Shown here one piece after another: positions 37,741 through 48,513 of a stretch of DNA of 64,000 bases. The notes under the pieces were generated by a model, which worked only from the letters and a program-made list of their open reading frames with translations, was not told where the DNA came from and ran no database searches. Origin of the DNA: Acidimicrobium ferrooxidans. Its GTDB lineage: Bacteria > Actinomycetota > Geothermincolia > Fen-727 > Anoxymicrobiaceae. How positions within the stretch are numbered: position 1 is the stretch's first letter; each line of letters opens with the position of its first letter. Position numbers and translations under genes: made by a program. The DNA is taken from positions 27,057 to 91,056 of the forward strand of contig DYIU01000004.1 in assembly GCA_020723485.1 (NCBI GenBank). Reading direction: 5' to 3'.

Positions 37741-39819
37741 TCAATCCCACGTGAGCTTCGAGAAATCCGCCACGCGGTTGAACAGCGCGTCCAGGCACGC
37801 CAGCAGTGAGAGCCTGTTGGCGCGGACCGCCGGGTCCTCGGCCATTATCAGCACTTCGTCGAAGAGCCGGTCCACCGGGGCGCACAGGGGCTCCAGCGCG
37901 CCGGCGGCGCCCCTGAAGTCGAGGACCGCCAGGGCCGCCTCGACCGCCTCCTCCGCATCGAGCATCGCCCGGTACACCTCCCGCTCGCTATCCTCGGCAA
38001 GGAGGCCCCCGTCGACGGTGCCCGTCTCCTGCCCGCGGGCGAGGTTGTGGCACCGCTCGAAGCCCGTATAGAGCCTCGCGAGCAGGCCCGAGTCTCGTGC
38101 CTCCACCAGGGCGTCGAGGCGCCTCCTGGCGGAGAGGGGCACATCCCAGTCCACTGCCAGCGCGGCGTCGACCAGGTCGTACCTGTAGCCGCTCTCGGTG
38201 AAATAGACCCTCTCACGGCCGGCGAAGAACTCTGAGAACGCCTCCTCGGACCCGGCGGTCCAGGAAAAGCCGTGGGCTTCCGCCTCCAGCTGGGCCGCGG
38301 CCTGTCGCACCATCCCGCTCACCGACAGGTCGAGCCCGCGGTCTATGAGGATGAGCACCATCCCGAGCGCCTGGCGCCGGAGGGCGTAAGGGTCCTCGGA
38401 GCCGGTCGGGACGTGCCCCAGGCCGAACGACGCGGCCAGGTTGTCCGCCTTTTCTGCGAGGGCGAGCAGGGCACCCTCGGTCGTTGCGGGCAGGGCGTCG
38501 CCCAGCCTGCGCGGCAGGTACAGCTCGCCTATGGCGGCAGCGACCCGCTCGTCCTCGCCCCCGAGGCGCGCGTAGATGGAGCCCACGATCCCTTGCAGGT
38601 CCGGGAACTCGATGACCATGTGCGTGACGAGGTCGCACTTGGAGAGCTCCGCGGCCCTCTTCGACCGCCGGACGAGGCCCTCGTCCTCCTCGACGGCCCC
38701 GGCGGAGCTCTCGACCAGGGCCGCGAGCCTCCTCGATTTCTCGGCCATGCTGCCGAGCTCCGACTGGTATACGACGTGCTCGAGGTCCGACACCCTGTCC
38801 GACAGCGGCCTCTTGAGGTCCTCGTCGAAGAAGAACTCCGCGTCGGCGAGCCTCGCCGCCAGCACGCGCTCATGGCCCCTGCGGATTATCTCCTCCTGCT
38901 CGGGGTCCCCGTTGTGGACGGCCAGGAAGCTCGGCCTCAGGTCCCCCTCCGAGTCCTCTACCGGGAAGTACCTCTGGTGGGACTGCATCGCGTGCGCGAG
39001 CACCTCGCGCGGAAGCCTCAGGTAGCGCTCGTCGAACGAGCCCAGCGCGACGCCTGGCCACTCCACGAGCTGCACTACCTCCTCCAGCACCTCGTCCTCC
39101 ATCACCGGGTGGTCGCCCGCTGGCCGGCATATCTCCTCCGCGCCGGTGACTATCCTGTCGAGCCTCGAGCGGTGGTCGACCATGACGCAGGACTCCATGA
39201 GAAGGCGCTCATACTCGTGCGGCGCCGGGACCTCGACCGGACCCTCGGAAAGGTACCGGTGCCCCCAGGTCACGTTCGATGACTTCAAGCCGGCGTACTC
39301 GAACTCGACGACCGCCCCGTCCAGAAGGGCCGCGAGCCAGCGGACCGGCCGGCTGAAGCGCTCCTCCCCGCTCCCCCAGCGCATTGATTTCTTGAACCTG
39401 AGAGACGTGACCAGCTCCGCCAGGAGCGCCGGCAGTACCTCGGAGGCCTGCCGCCCCGGCTCCTCCGATACCACGAAGACGTAGCTGCCTTTGTCGGTCT
39501 CCTTGACGACCAGCTCGCTCTCCGTGACGTTCTGCGACCGGGCGAACCCCAGCGCCGCCTTCGACCAGGTGCCGTCCTCGTTGCGAGCGGCGGACAGTGG
39601 CGGGCCTTTCCTGGTCACCGCCCTGGCCGCGCTTCTCTCATGGAGGCCGCGCACCGTCAGGGAGAGCCTCCGGGGGCTGGCGAGGACCCACGATTCCTCG
39701 AAAACCAGGTGTTCCCGGCCCATCAGCTCCCCGATGGCCCGCTCCATCTGCTCCACCGCGCCGTACACGGCGGAGGCCGGCAGCTCTTCTGTTCCTATCT
39801 CCAGCAGGAGGTCGGGCAA
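37741..39819 (-). CDS. glyS: glycine--tRNA ligase beta subunit
   Basis: [16 protein letters not shown]-terminus and overall GlyS architecture; immediately downstream of glyQ. Confidence 0.9.
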   Translation of the reverse strand: MPDLLLEIGTEELPASAVYGAVEQMERAIGELMGREHLVFEESWVLASPRRLSLTVRGLHERSAARAVTRKGPPLSAARNEDGTWSKAALGFARSQNVTESELVVKETDKGSYVFVVSEEPGRQASEVLPALLAELVTSLRFKKSMRWGSGEERFSRPVRWLAALLDGAVVEFEYAGLKSSNVTWGHRYLSEGPVEVPAPHEYERLLMESCVMVDHRSRLDRIVTGAEEICRPAGDHPVMEDEVLEEVVQLVEWPGVALGSFDERYLRLPREVLAHAMQSHQRYFPVEDSEGDLRPSFLAVHNGDPEQEEIIRRGHERVLAARLADAEFFFDEDLKRPLSDRVSDLEHVVYQSELGSMAEKSRRLAALVESSAGAVEEDEGLVRRSKRAAELSKCDLVTHMVIEFPDLQGIVGSIYARLGGEDERVAAAIGELYLPRRLGDALPATTEGALLALAEKADNLAASFGLGHVPTGSEDPYALRRQALGMVLILIDRGLDLSVSGMVRQAAAQLEAEAHGFSWTAGSEEAFSEFFAGRERVYFTESGYRYDLVDAALAVDWDVPLSARRRLDALVEARDSGLLARLYTGFERCHNLARGQETGTVDGGLLAEDSEREVYRAMLDAEEAVEAALAVLDFRGAAGALEPLCAPVDRLFDEVLIMAEDPAVRANRLSLLACLDALFNRVADFSKLTWD

Positions 39820-39834
39820 TTCACTCCTCCTGTC

Positions 39835-40716
<882 letters not shown>

Positions 40717-40741
40717 ACTCCGTAAACGCCCGCTGTTGGGA

Positions 40742-41806
40742 TCACTTGATTACTAAGCTCGCCATGATGGGATACAGGGCGAAGCCCAGCATTCCGGCGA
40801 GCAACGAGTATTCTAACCCCTTCTTCCAGAAAACGTAACCCAGCAGGATGACGGGTGCCGCCAGGGCCACCGCGTAGAGGACCTGGGTGCTCGTGGCTAT
40901 CTTCTCGCCGGCCGAGCGGGTGCTGCTGGAGACGTTGAGCAGGATGAACCCCCACGCCAGCAGGAACGCGGCGCCGAGGCCCGCCCAGTGCGGCTCCACC
41001 TTGACGCGGTCGCGGTAGCGCAGGAACAGCCATATGAACGCCGGGACGGCCACCATCACGAACAGGACTATGAAGAAGAGGGAGTCGTTCAGCGAGCCCA
41101 GCAGCTGCTGCCAGACGGGGTACTTTACCTCGGTGGTCTCCGTGGCCTTGAAGACGCTGTTTATCAGGTTCTCGCTTATCCTGGCGTTGAGGTACAGCGG
41201 CCCGAGCATGATGGCTGCGGCCGGCAGCGACCAGGTGAGGAAGGGCCGGAAGTCCGGCCAGCCCAGCCGGCCCCCCGATAACGCCGTGTCCAGCACCGGG
41301 GTGCCGAGGTCGGTTCGCCTGATTATGTTTATCCCCAGGAACGAGAAGATGGCCGCCTGCAGGGCGCCGAAGAGCACGCTCACCAGTATGACGTTGGTGG
41401 TGGGCTCCTGCGGCTTCTTGGGCCTGGTCTTCTCGTGTTTCTTCTGCTCTGCCTCCGTGGGGTACTTCTTCTCGAACGCGGCTACGTCTTTGTTGTATTG
41501 CTTGACCGCTGCATTGTACTGGGCGTCGGCCTCCGCGGCGGTGAGCGGGTAGCGGGCGAGCGCGGCGAGAAGTATGAGCGCGAAGAGCGCCCACATGACC
41601 TTTACCTCGAGCGTCCCCTTCCGGACGAGGTTCCACTGCTGCCTCTCCTCCGTCGCGGCCGGCGCCTTCTCTCCGGCCTTGGCGGCCGGCTTCTGCGCCG
41701 CGGCGGGCGCCTTCTTCCTGGTCGTTTCGGGGGTCACCGGCTTGCCCTTGGCGTACGTCGGCTTGCGCGCTCCGGCGGGCTTTTTCTTCTTTTTTTTCTT
41801 GGCCAC
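40742..41806 (-). CDS. membrane protein with lysine/alanine-rich (histone-H1-like) N-terminal tail
   Basis: [16 protein letters not shown]...[21 protein letters not shown] followed by about 8 TM helices; an A8 (T8 on plus, 41790..41797) homopolymer encodes the poly-K. Confidence 0.5.
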   Translation of the reverse strand: MAKKKKKKKPAGARKPTYAKGKPVTPETTRKKAPAAAQKPAAKAGEKAPAATEERQQWNLVRKGTLEVKVMWALFALILLAALARYPLTAAEADAQYNAAVKQYNKDVAAFEKKYPTEAEQKKHEKTRPKKPQEPTTNVILVSVLFGALQAAIFSFLGINIIRRTDLGTPVLDTALSGGRLGWPDFRPFLTWSLPAAAIMLGPLYLNARISENLINSVFKATETTEVKYPVWQQLLGSLNDSLFFIVLFVMVAVPAFIWLFLRYRDRVKVEPHWAGLGAAFLLAWGFILLNVSSSTRSAGEKIATSTQVLYAVALAAPVILLGYVFWKKGLEYSLLAGMLGFALYPIMASLVIK

Positions 41807-41920
41807 TCTCTCACCGTCCCTCGGGTATCCCGCCTATTGTATAGTAGTTGGTGGATGGTTTAGAAACGCAACAATGGGGTCAGGTCACATTGTTGCAGAA
41901 ATGCCCGAGGGGGGCCCGCA

Positions 41921-43159
41921 ATGTTTGATTTCATGATGACGGACGCTCAGAAGGAGCTCCAGGAAGAGATGCGCGACTTCGCGCGTTCCATAGACCGCCA
42001 GTACCTGCTCGACATGGACGCGGAGAAGATCCAGTACCCCAAGGAGATACTCGTAGGCGCCGCCGAGCGCGGCCTGCTGGGCCTGCGCTTCCCGAAGGAG
42101 TACGGCGGCAGGGGACTCGGGTGGGTCGAGGAGTGCATAGCCATCGAGGAGATGGCGACCCTCGGCATACCGCCCGCGTGCCTGTACTCGCTGGTCTCCA
42201 TCGTGGGCGAGTGCACGAACGAGTTCGGGACCGAGGAGCAGAAGCAGAAGTACCTCAAGCCCACCTGCGAGGGCAGGCTCTTCTGCTCCGAGGCCCTCAC
42301 CGAGCCGAGGGGAGGCTCGGATTTCTTCGGGGCCACCACAACCGCGAAGAAGGAGGGCGACCACTTCGTCCTCCACGGCCAGAAGAGGTTCATCGTCGGC
42401 GCCGAGGGCGCGGATTACTTCATGGCCTATGCCAAGACCGACCCGGACGCGGCTCCGCGGGACAGCATCTCCTGCTTCCTGGTGGACCGCGACGACGACG
42501 TCGAGGTCAAGCACGTCTACGGCCTCATGGGGGCCCGCGGAGGGGGGACCGGCCGTGTGCTCTTCCGCGACACGAAGGTGCCCGCGGAGAACCTTGTAGG
42601 CGGCGAGAACGAGGGGGGCAGGATATTCTACCGGATGATGGTCCCCGAGCGCCTCACGTCCGCCGCGGGAGCGCTTGGAGGCGCACGCGCCTCACTCGAG
42701 GTCGCGATGCGCTACACGACCAGGCGGAAGGCGTTCGGCGTCCCCATCAAGAACTTCCAGGCCGTCTCATTCAAGGTGTCGGAATCCATCACGCAGCTCG
42801 ACGCGGCCCGGGCGCTGGTTTACGCGACCGCGAGCGCCATCGACAGCGGGAAGGTCCCGGCGGGCCGCCTGCGGCGCATGGTGTCCGAGTCAAAGAAGTT
42901 CGCCACCGAGGCGTCGTGGAGCGTCATCAACCACTGCATGCAGGCGATGGGAGGCATAGCCTACACCAACGTCTATCCCATAGAGCGCGCGCTGCGGGAC
43001 TGCAGGCTCATCATGATCTGGACCGGCACCAACGAGATAATGAACCTCATCATCCAGCACGAGCTCTACAAGGAGATGGCCGACGGCAGGGCCGCCGGCC
43101 GCGACACGGAGTTCGACGCCGCCGAGGCATACAACGACGACGAGAAGATTTACGAATAG
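41921..43159 (+). CDS. acyl-CoA dehydrogenase
   Basis: ACAD N-terminal, middle beta-barrel ([13 protein letters not shown]) and C-terminal helical domains (catalytic-base region IYE at the terminus). Confidence 0.85.
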   Translation: MFDFMMTDAQKELQEEMRDFARSIDRQYLLDMDAEKIQYPKEILVGAAERGLLGLRFPKEYGGRGLGWVEECIAIEEMATLGIPPACLYSLVSIVGECTNEFGTEEQKQKYLKPTCEGRLFCSEALTEPRGGSDFFGATTTAKKEGDHFVLHGQKRFIVGAEGADYFMAYAKTDPDAAPRDSISCFLVDRDDDVEVKHVYGLMGARGGGTGRVLFRDTKVPAENLVGGENEGGRIFYRMMVPERLTSAAGALGGARASLEVAMRYTTRRKAFGVPIKNFQAVSFKVSESITQLDAARALVYATASAIDSGKVPAGRLRRMVSESKKFATEASWSVINHCMQAMGGIAYTNVYPIERALRDCRLIMIWTGTNEIMNLIIQHELYKEMADGRAAGRDTEFDAAEAYNDDEKIYE

Positions 43160-43263
43160 GGTCAGACCACTTTCGTTGCACTGGCCACAACGGTTAACTC
43201 AAACAACATCCGCCGGTGGCGGATGTTGTAGATGTTGTTTATGCAACGAAAGTGGTCTGACCC
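43159..43263. repeat. palindromic element A (105 nt, GGGTCAGACC...GGTCTGACCC termini), bidirectional terminator-like
   Basis: 22-bp perfect terminal stem plus an internal 12-bp hairpin (ACAACATCCGCC/GGCGGATGTTGT). Its ends overlap the TAG stops of both convergent genes by 1 nt each. 90% identical to element B. Confidence 0.7.
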
Positions 43264-44066
43264 TATCCCTCCGGCCAAGGCTGGGTGTTAGCGGGGGGCT
43301 GCAGGTTGAGCTTCTCGTTGAACTTGCTGAGCGTGGTGACCTGGTCGAGCTTGACCCGGTCGCCGGCCTGCGCGTACCCGAGCTTGATGAGGTCTTCGGT
43401 AGCCCTCACGTCGATAGACGCCTTTGACTGCTTCATGTAGTAGTCCTTCTTCCTGATGTAGAAGTCAAAGACCGCCTTGGCGTCGGCCAGCTCGTCGACC
43501 GAACGTATCTGCTGCCCGGTGCCCGGATCCTTCAGGAGGTCGGTTATGCCGGGGAGCTTCACGAGCTCTTTCATGTCGGGCTCGCCGCGGAGGTGGTAAC
43601 AGGCCTCGCCGTCGACGTCCGCGTCGCCCTCTTTCGCGAGCGTCTTGAAGTACTTCAGGTACTGGGACATGGACAAGCTCTGCGTCACGGGGGTGGGCAG
43701 CTGGAACGACTCGGGCATCTCGTACCAGTTACCGCCCAGCTGGATGTAGAGCTTCTCTTCGACCTGCATTGCGGTCACCGGCACGCCCGGCGCAAGCTCG
43801 AGCTCGACCCTCAGGTCGCCGCTCTGCTGGTCGACGTCTCCTGAAGAACTGCTGGTGTAATTCTGCTTCTCTACTTTTCCGTCCTTGAGCGGCGCCCGCG
43901 GAAGCTGCTGCTCGGAGGTGATCTGGAAGTGCAGGGTCTTGATCTTCTCCGAGGCCTTTATGCTGTTCTTCGCGATCTCCTCGGCGCCGGGGCCGCAGCC
44001 CACGATGCTCAGCGACAGCGGTACCAGCAGCGCCGCCAGCACCAGCAGCACAAGCAGCTTCTTCAA
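43263..44066 (-). CDS. putative lipoprotein
   Basis: Signal peptide with lipobox LSIVGC, then a soluble about 240-aa domain. Confidence 0.5.
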   Translation of the reverse strand: MKKLLVLLVLAALLVPLSLSIVGCGPGAEEIAKNSIKASEKIKTLHFQITSEQQLPRAPLKDGKVEKQNYTSSSSGDVDQQSGDLRVELELAPGVPVTAMQVEEKLYIQLGGNWYEMPESFQLPTPVTQSLSMSQYLKYFKTLAKEGDADVDGEACYHLRGEPDMKELVKLPGITDLLKDPGTGQQIRSVDELADAKAVFDFYIRKKDYYMKQSKASIDVRATEDLIKLGYAQAGDRVKLDQVTTLSKFNEKLNLQPPANTQPWPEG

Positions 44067-44265
44067 ATCGCTCTCCTCTCAAGATGTGTATCGACCGCGC
44101 ACATGCGGTCGAACGGCGCGGAATCACCGACTATTATAACGGGTACCGAACCCACCAGATACCCCGCCGCCGCAGGTCTGCGCGGCACCGTTGTAGTAGA
44201 ATACTGCGGGCAGCCGGTCAAACAGCACTGCTCCTTAGACGGTCTGACAGCCGAGCAGGTTCGAA

Positions 44266-46164
44266 ATGGACGGGTACGCCGGAAAGTTCCTGAATCTCAA
44301 TCTCAGCGATGGCAGCGGCAAGGATTTCGTTGTCCCCGAAGAGGTCACCCAGAGGTACCTCGGAGGGAAAGGCATCGGGACCTGGCTGCTGTATAACGGC
44401 CTGGAGCCGCACGCTGACCCCCTGTCCCCGGAGAACGTCCTGGTGATAGCCACGGGGCCCCTCACTGGCGTGGGACTGCCCGCCGTCAATCACGCCGTGG
44501 TCTGCACCAAGTCGCCGCTGACCGGCACTATCACCTGCGCGTCTCTCGGGGGAGACTTCGCCACCCGGCTCAAGTCGTGCGGATACGACGGGTTGATACT
44601 CCGCGGCAGGTCCCCGCGCCCGGTAATAGTGGACGTCACCGAGGGGCGCTGGAAGATACGCGAAGCGGGCAAGCTCTGGGGGCACAACGTCGTCCGCACC
44701 CAGGAGGTCCTCGAGAGCCGCGTCGCGAGCATCCTGTGCATAGGCCCCGCCGGGGAGAACATGGTGCGCTACGCGACCATCGTCTCCGGGGAGCACACGG
44801 CCCAGAGGGGCGGAACTGGCGCGGTGATGGGCTCCAAGCGCCTCAAGGCGCTGAGGGTGGGCGGCGGCTTCGAGACGTCGGTCTTCGACCGGGACAGGCT
44901 CGCCCGCCCGGCGGAGTCGCTGCGCTCCAGGCTCAAAGCCGGTGATTCGTACCCCAGGTATGGGACAGCCGGGAACGTGTCCCTCTCCCAGGAGAAGGGC
45001 GTACTGCCGACCCGCAACTTCACCTTCGGGACCTTCGACCGGCACGTGAAGATAAGCGGCGAAGCGCTACGCTCCCAGATACGCCGCAAGGGGCGGGACT
45101 GCCCGGGGTGCCCGGTCGACTGCACCACCGAGGTCAAGCTCGCCACGAAGACCGGCACGGTCCGCGTCAAGGGCCCGGGCTACCAGCCGCTGGTCATGCT
45201 GGGAAGCAACCTGATGATAGACGACCTGGAGCAGGTGATACGCAACAACTACCTGTGCTATCTGCTCGGGCTGGACCCGGTGAGCACGGGCGGGACCATA
45301 GCGCTCGCCATGGAGCTCTCGGAGAAAGGCAGGATGCACCTGCCCCTGCGGTTCGGCAGCGTGCGCGAGGTGGGCCCTCTCATCCCGCTCATCGCCGAGC
45401 GGAAAGGCCCCGGGAAAGAGCTCGCCGACGGCGCCGCGCGGCTGGTGGAGGTCTACGGTTACAGCGAGCTCTCGATGGCAGTCAAGGGCATGGAGCTGCC
45501 CGGGTACGACCCGAGGGGATGCTGGGGCCAGGGGTTGGCGTACGCCACCTGCCCGGAGGGCGGCAGCCACATAAGCTCGATGATGGCCTCCCCGGAAGTG
45601 CAGGGGAGACCCGCAGCGCTCGCGGGCGCCCGCGCTGCCGGCAAGGTCCAGCTCACCATCTTCGCGCAGAACATGTTCTGCGCGCTCGACTCCCTGGTGA
45701 CCTGCAACCGCGCGACCTACTGCACGCTGGTCGTACCGGCCTGGGTGAAGGGCTTGCCGGGCTGGATGAGAGGCTTCTTCGCGGGCAGGATGCCGGGCTT
45801 CGCGGCGTCGATGCTCGACCTGCGGGACTACTGCCAGGCCCTTTCATTCATCACCGGCGTGAAGTACAGCAGGCATACACTGCTCAGGGTAGGCGAGCGC
45901 GCCTTCAATCTCGAGAGGCTCTTCAACCTCCGCGAAGGCTTCACGAGCAAGGACGACATGCTTCCCCTGCGTTTCGTGGGCGAGCCGCTGAGAGAGGGGC
46001 CGTCGGCCGGCAAGGTGAGCCCGCTCACGAAGATGCTGCTCAAGTACTACCGGTTGAGGGGCTGGAACGACGTGGGCATCCCGACCGAGCAGTTCCTCAA
46101 ACGTCTCTCCATCGACGAACGCCTGGGGTCAGACCACTTTCGTTCCATTGGCCACAGTGGTTAA
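44266..46164 (+). CDS. aldehyde:ferredoxin oxidoreductase family (tungsten-containing) protein
   Basis: N-terminal AOR domain (GGKGIGTWLLY...IATGPLTG...CTKSPLTG), AQRGGTGAVMGSKRLKAL region and C-terminal pterin/4Fe-4S ligands (CPGCPVDC). The last 12 codons plus stop lie inside element B. Confidence 0.85.
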   Translation: MDGYAGKFLNLNLSDGSGKDFVVPEEVTQRYLGGKGIGTWLLYNGLEPHADPLSPENVLVIATGPLTGVGLPAVNHAVVCTKSPLTGTITCASLGGDFATRLKSCGYDGLILRGRSPRPVIVDVTEGRWKIREAGKLWGHNVVRTQEVLESRVASILCIGPAGENMVRYATIVSGEHTAQRGGTGAVMGSKRLKALRVGGGFETSVFDRDRLARPAESLRSRLKAGDSYPRYGTAGNVSLSQEKGVLPTRNFTFGTFDRHVKISGEALRSQIRRKGRDCPGCPVDCTTEVKLATKTGTVRVKGPGYQPLVMLGSNLMIDDLEQVIRNNYLCYLLGLDPVSTGGTIALAMELSEKGRMHLPLRFGSVREVGPLIPLIAERKGPGKELADGAARLVEVYGYSELSMAVKGMELPGYDPRGCWGQGLAYATCPEGGSHISSMMASPEVQGRPAALAGARAAGKVQLTIFAQNMFCALDSLVTCNRATYCTLVVPAWVKGLPGWMRGFFAGRMPGFAASMLDLRDYCQALSFITGVKYSRHTLLRVGERAFNLERLFNLREGFTSKDDMLPLRFVGEPLREGPSAGKVSPLTKMLLKYYRLRGWNDVGIPTEQFLKRLSIDERLGSDHFRSIGHSG

Positions 46165-46229
46165 CACAAACAACATCCGCCGTGGCGGATGTTGAAGATG
46201 TTGCTAATGGAACGAAAGTGGTCTGACCC
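46126..46229. repeat. palindromic element B (104 nt), second copy of the A family
   Basis: 24-25-bp terminal stem; compensatory G:C to C:G change relative to A at stem position 20, plus two changes that convert A mismatches into pairs. Overlaps the AOR 3' end and the uppS stop. Confidence 0.7.
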
Positions 46230-46945
46230 TATATCAGCGCGCCGAACTTACGCGTGCGGCGGTTGTACTCCTCGATGGCCTGCATCAGGTGCTCCCTGCG
46301 GAACTCGGGCCACAGTATCGGTATGAACACCAGCTCGGTGTATGCGAGCTCCCACAGCAGGTAATTGCTCACCCTAACGTCACCCGCGGTGCGTATGAAC
46401 AGGTCGTAGTCGGGGACATCCGGCGCGTAAAGGTGAGCCGCGACGGTATCCTCGTCGATGTCCGCCGGGTCGAGCTCGCCCGCGGCGACCTCGGCGGCGA
46501 TCCTCTTCGCGGCGTCGACCAGCTCCGCGCGGCCTCCGTAGTTGTAGGCCACGTTAAGCTTCATGCCGGTGTTCCCGCCGGTGAGCTCCATCGTCTCGAC
46601 CATCTTGTCCCACAGGAAAGCGGGAAGGCCCTCGCTCCGGCCGATGAACCGTATCATCACGTTCCTCTCGTGGAACTCGTCCACGCGGAGGTCGAGCAGC
46701 TCCTTGTTGAACCTCATGAGGAAGTCGACCTCTTCCTTCGGCCGCTTCCAGTTCTCTGTGGAGAACGCGTACAGCGCCAGGGCCTCCAGCCCGAGGTCGA
46801 TCCCGGCCCTCACCGTGTCGGTTATGGCCTTCTCGCCCTCCCGGTGACCGTCGATGCGGTTCATGCCACGGGTGGTCGCCCACCGCCCGTTGCCGTCCAT
46901 GATGATTGCTATCCTGCCCGGTATCTCCAGCTCCTGCTCCGGCAT
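46229..46945 (-). CDS. uppS: isoprenyl transferase (undecaprenyl diphosphate synthase)
   Basis: IAIIMDGNGRWA...FSTENWKRP cis-prenyltransferase signature. Confidence 0.9.
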   Translation of the reverse strand: MPEQELEIPGRIAIIMDGNGRWATTRGMNRIDGHREGEKAITDTVRAGIDLGLEALALYAFSTENWKRPKEEVDFLMRFNKELLDLRVDEFHERNVMIRFIGRSEGLPAFLWDKMVETMELTGGNTGMKLNVAYNYGGRAELVDAAKRIAAEVAAGELDPADIDEDTVAAHLYAPDVPDYDLFIRTAGDVRVSNYLLWELAYTELVFIPILWPEFRREHLMQAIEEYNRRTRKFGALI

Positions 46946-46949
46946 CTTC

Positions 46950-47783
46950 TCATCTCCCCCGGCTGTCTTCGTCCGTCCCTCCCGGCATCGACCTCATGAC
47001 CCTGTGCGTACGGAACTCCCTCTCCATCCAGTGTTCGAGGACCCTGTCCATCAATAGTCCCGCCTCCCGCGCGGCCGCCCCGGGCGGCCCGTCGGGCCAG
47101 TCGCCGAGCTCGTGCGTGGACATCCATGATAGCACCCCGGTGGCCCCCGCGGAGACCCTGACGAGTTTACCTGCGTCCGCGGCCCGCCAGGCCCTGCACG
47201 ACCCGCAGATATTTCCGCCCAGGTGAAGTGAGAACCAGGTCTCGCCCTCCTCCAGCTCACCCCCGCACGCCGCGCACCCGGCTACCATCAGGCCGAACCC
47301 CGAAGCGGACATCACCTTGAACTCGAAAAGCGCCCTGGTTAAGGCCGCGCGGGCCGGAAACTCGACCAGGAGCTCCAGTGCGCCGAGGAGCAGGTCGAAC
47401 AGCTCCGGGTGGGGCTCGTCCTCGGCGGTAATGCTGTCCGCGAGCTCGCACATGGCCTGCGCGCACATGAACAGATCGAGGTCCTCACGCACCTCCTTGA
47501 AGGACGTGCGTATCTCCACCTGCTTTATCGTGTCCATGTTCCTGCCGCGGTGCATGAAGAGCCTGGCGCAGGTGAGCGGCTCGAGCCTCGCCCCGAACCG
47601 GCTCGAGGTCTTCCGAACCCCCTTTGCGACCGCCGAGCGCTTCCCGTGCTCGCGGGTCAGGATGCGCAGTATCTTGTCCGATTCACCCAGCTTATGCGAG
47701 CGAAGTACTATCCCGACGTCGCTGTACTCCCGGGCGCCGCGTTCCCTGGGGCCGCCCCGACGGCCGGTGTCCTCACCGGCCAC
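46950..47783 (-). CDS. recO: DNA repair protein RecO
   Basis: N-terminal OB fold (GIVLRSHKLGESDKILRILT) and C-terminal Cys4 zinc motif (CAACG...CGSC). The start may lie a few codons downstream, since the ORF overlaps the deoC stop by 11 nt. Confidence 0.75.
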   Translation of the reverse strand: MAGEDTGRRGGPRERGAREYSDVGIVLRSHKLGESDKILRILTREHGKRSAVAKGVRKTSSRFGARLEPLTCARLFMHRGRNMDTIKQVEIRTSFKEVREDLDLFMCAQAMCELADSITAEDEPHPELFDLLLGALELLVEFPARAALTRALFEFKVMSASGFGLMVAGCAACGGELEEGETWFSLHLGGNICGSCRAWRAADAGKLVRVSAGATGVLSWMSTHELGDWPDGPPGAAAREAGLLMDRVLEHWMEREFRTHRVMRSMPGGTDEDSRGR

Positions 47784-48498
47784 CGGTGAAGTCCTCGACT
47801 ATCGCCGGGCCGGTGCTGGTTCCAATGCGGTTCGCCCCCGCCGCGAACATGGCCCTAGCGTCCGCCCAGGACCTTATGCCGCCCGCCGCCTTCACGCCGA
47901 GCGAATCGCCCACCGCCCGGCGCATCAGGGCGACGTCCTCCGCGGTGGCTCCGCCGGGCCCCAGCCCCGTGGCGGTCTTCACGAAATCCATGCCGGCGTC
48001 CGCGGCCGCGGCGCAGGCCCTTATCTTCTGCCCGTCATCGAGGTAGGGGGTCTCGAGGATAAGCTTCATGACCACGGGCCCCCCGAGCGTCACCTTCTCC
48101 CAGTCCCGCACCGCGGAGACCACGACGGCGAGGTCTTCGGAGACGAGCTCCCACTCGCCCGAGCGCGCGGCGGATACGTTCATGACCACGTCGAGCTCCC
48201 GGGCGCCGTCCTCCAGCGCCGTGAGGGCCTCCGCGGCCTTGGCCTCCGGGGCCGAGTAGCCGAACGGGAACGACACGGGCGTACCCACGCCGACGGAGGC
48301 AGCCGAGAGCATTCCCGCCGCGAGGGGCACGTAGCAGGGCGGGACGAAGACGTTCGCGAAGCCCCAGTCCCGGGCCTCGGCTATGAAACGGGTATACGCC
48401 TCCATGGGCTCCTCGGGCTTGAGGAGCGTGTAATCTATCGTCCTGAGCAGGCTTTCCCTGTCGAGTGATTCCGGGTCTACCGCCTGATACTTGCTCAC
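47773..48498 (-). CDS. deoC: deoxyribose-phosphate aldolase
   Basis: Class I aldolase TIM barrel with Schiff-base Lys (DFVKTATG) and C-terminal GVKAAGGIR. Confidence 0.8.
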   Translation of the reverse strand: MSKYQAVDPESLDRESLLRTIDYTLLKPEEPMEAYTRFIAEARDWGFANVFVPPCYVPLAAGMLSAASVGVGTPVSFPFGYSAPEAKAAEALTALEDGARELDVVMNVSAARSGEWELVSEDLAVVVSAVRDWEKVTLGGPVVMKLILETPYLDDGQKIRACAAAADAGMDFVKTATGLGPGGATAEDVALMRRAVGDSLGVKAAGGIRSWADARAMFAAGANRIGTSTGPAIVEDFTGGR

Positions 48499-48513
48499 GC
48501 CGGGCCTTTCGTT

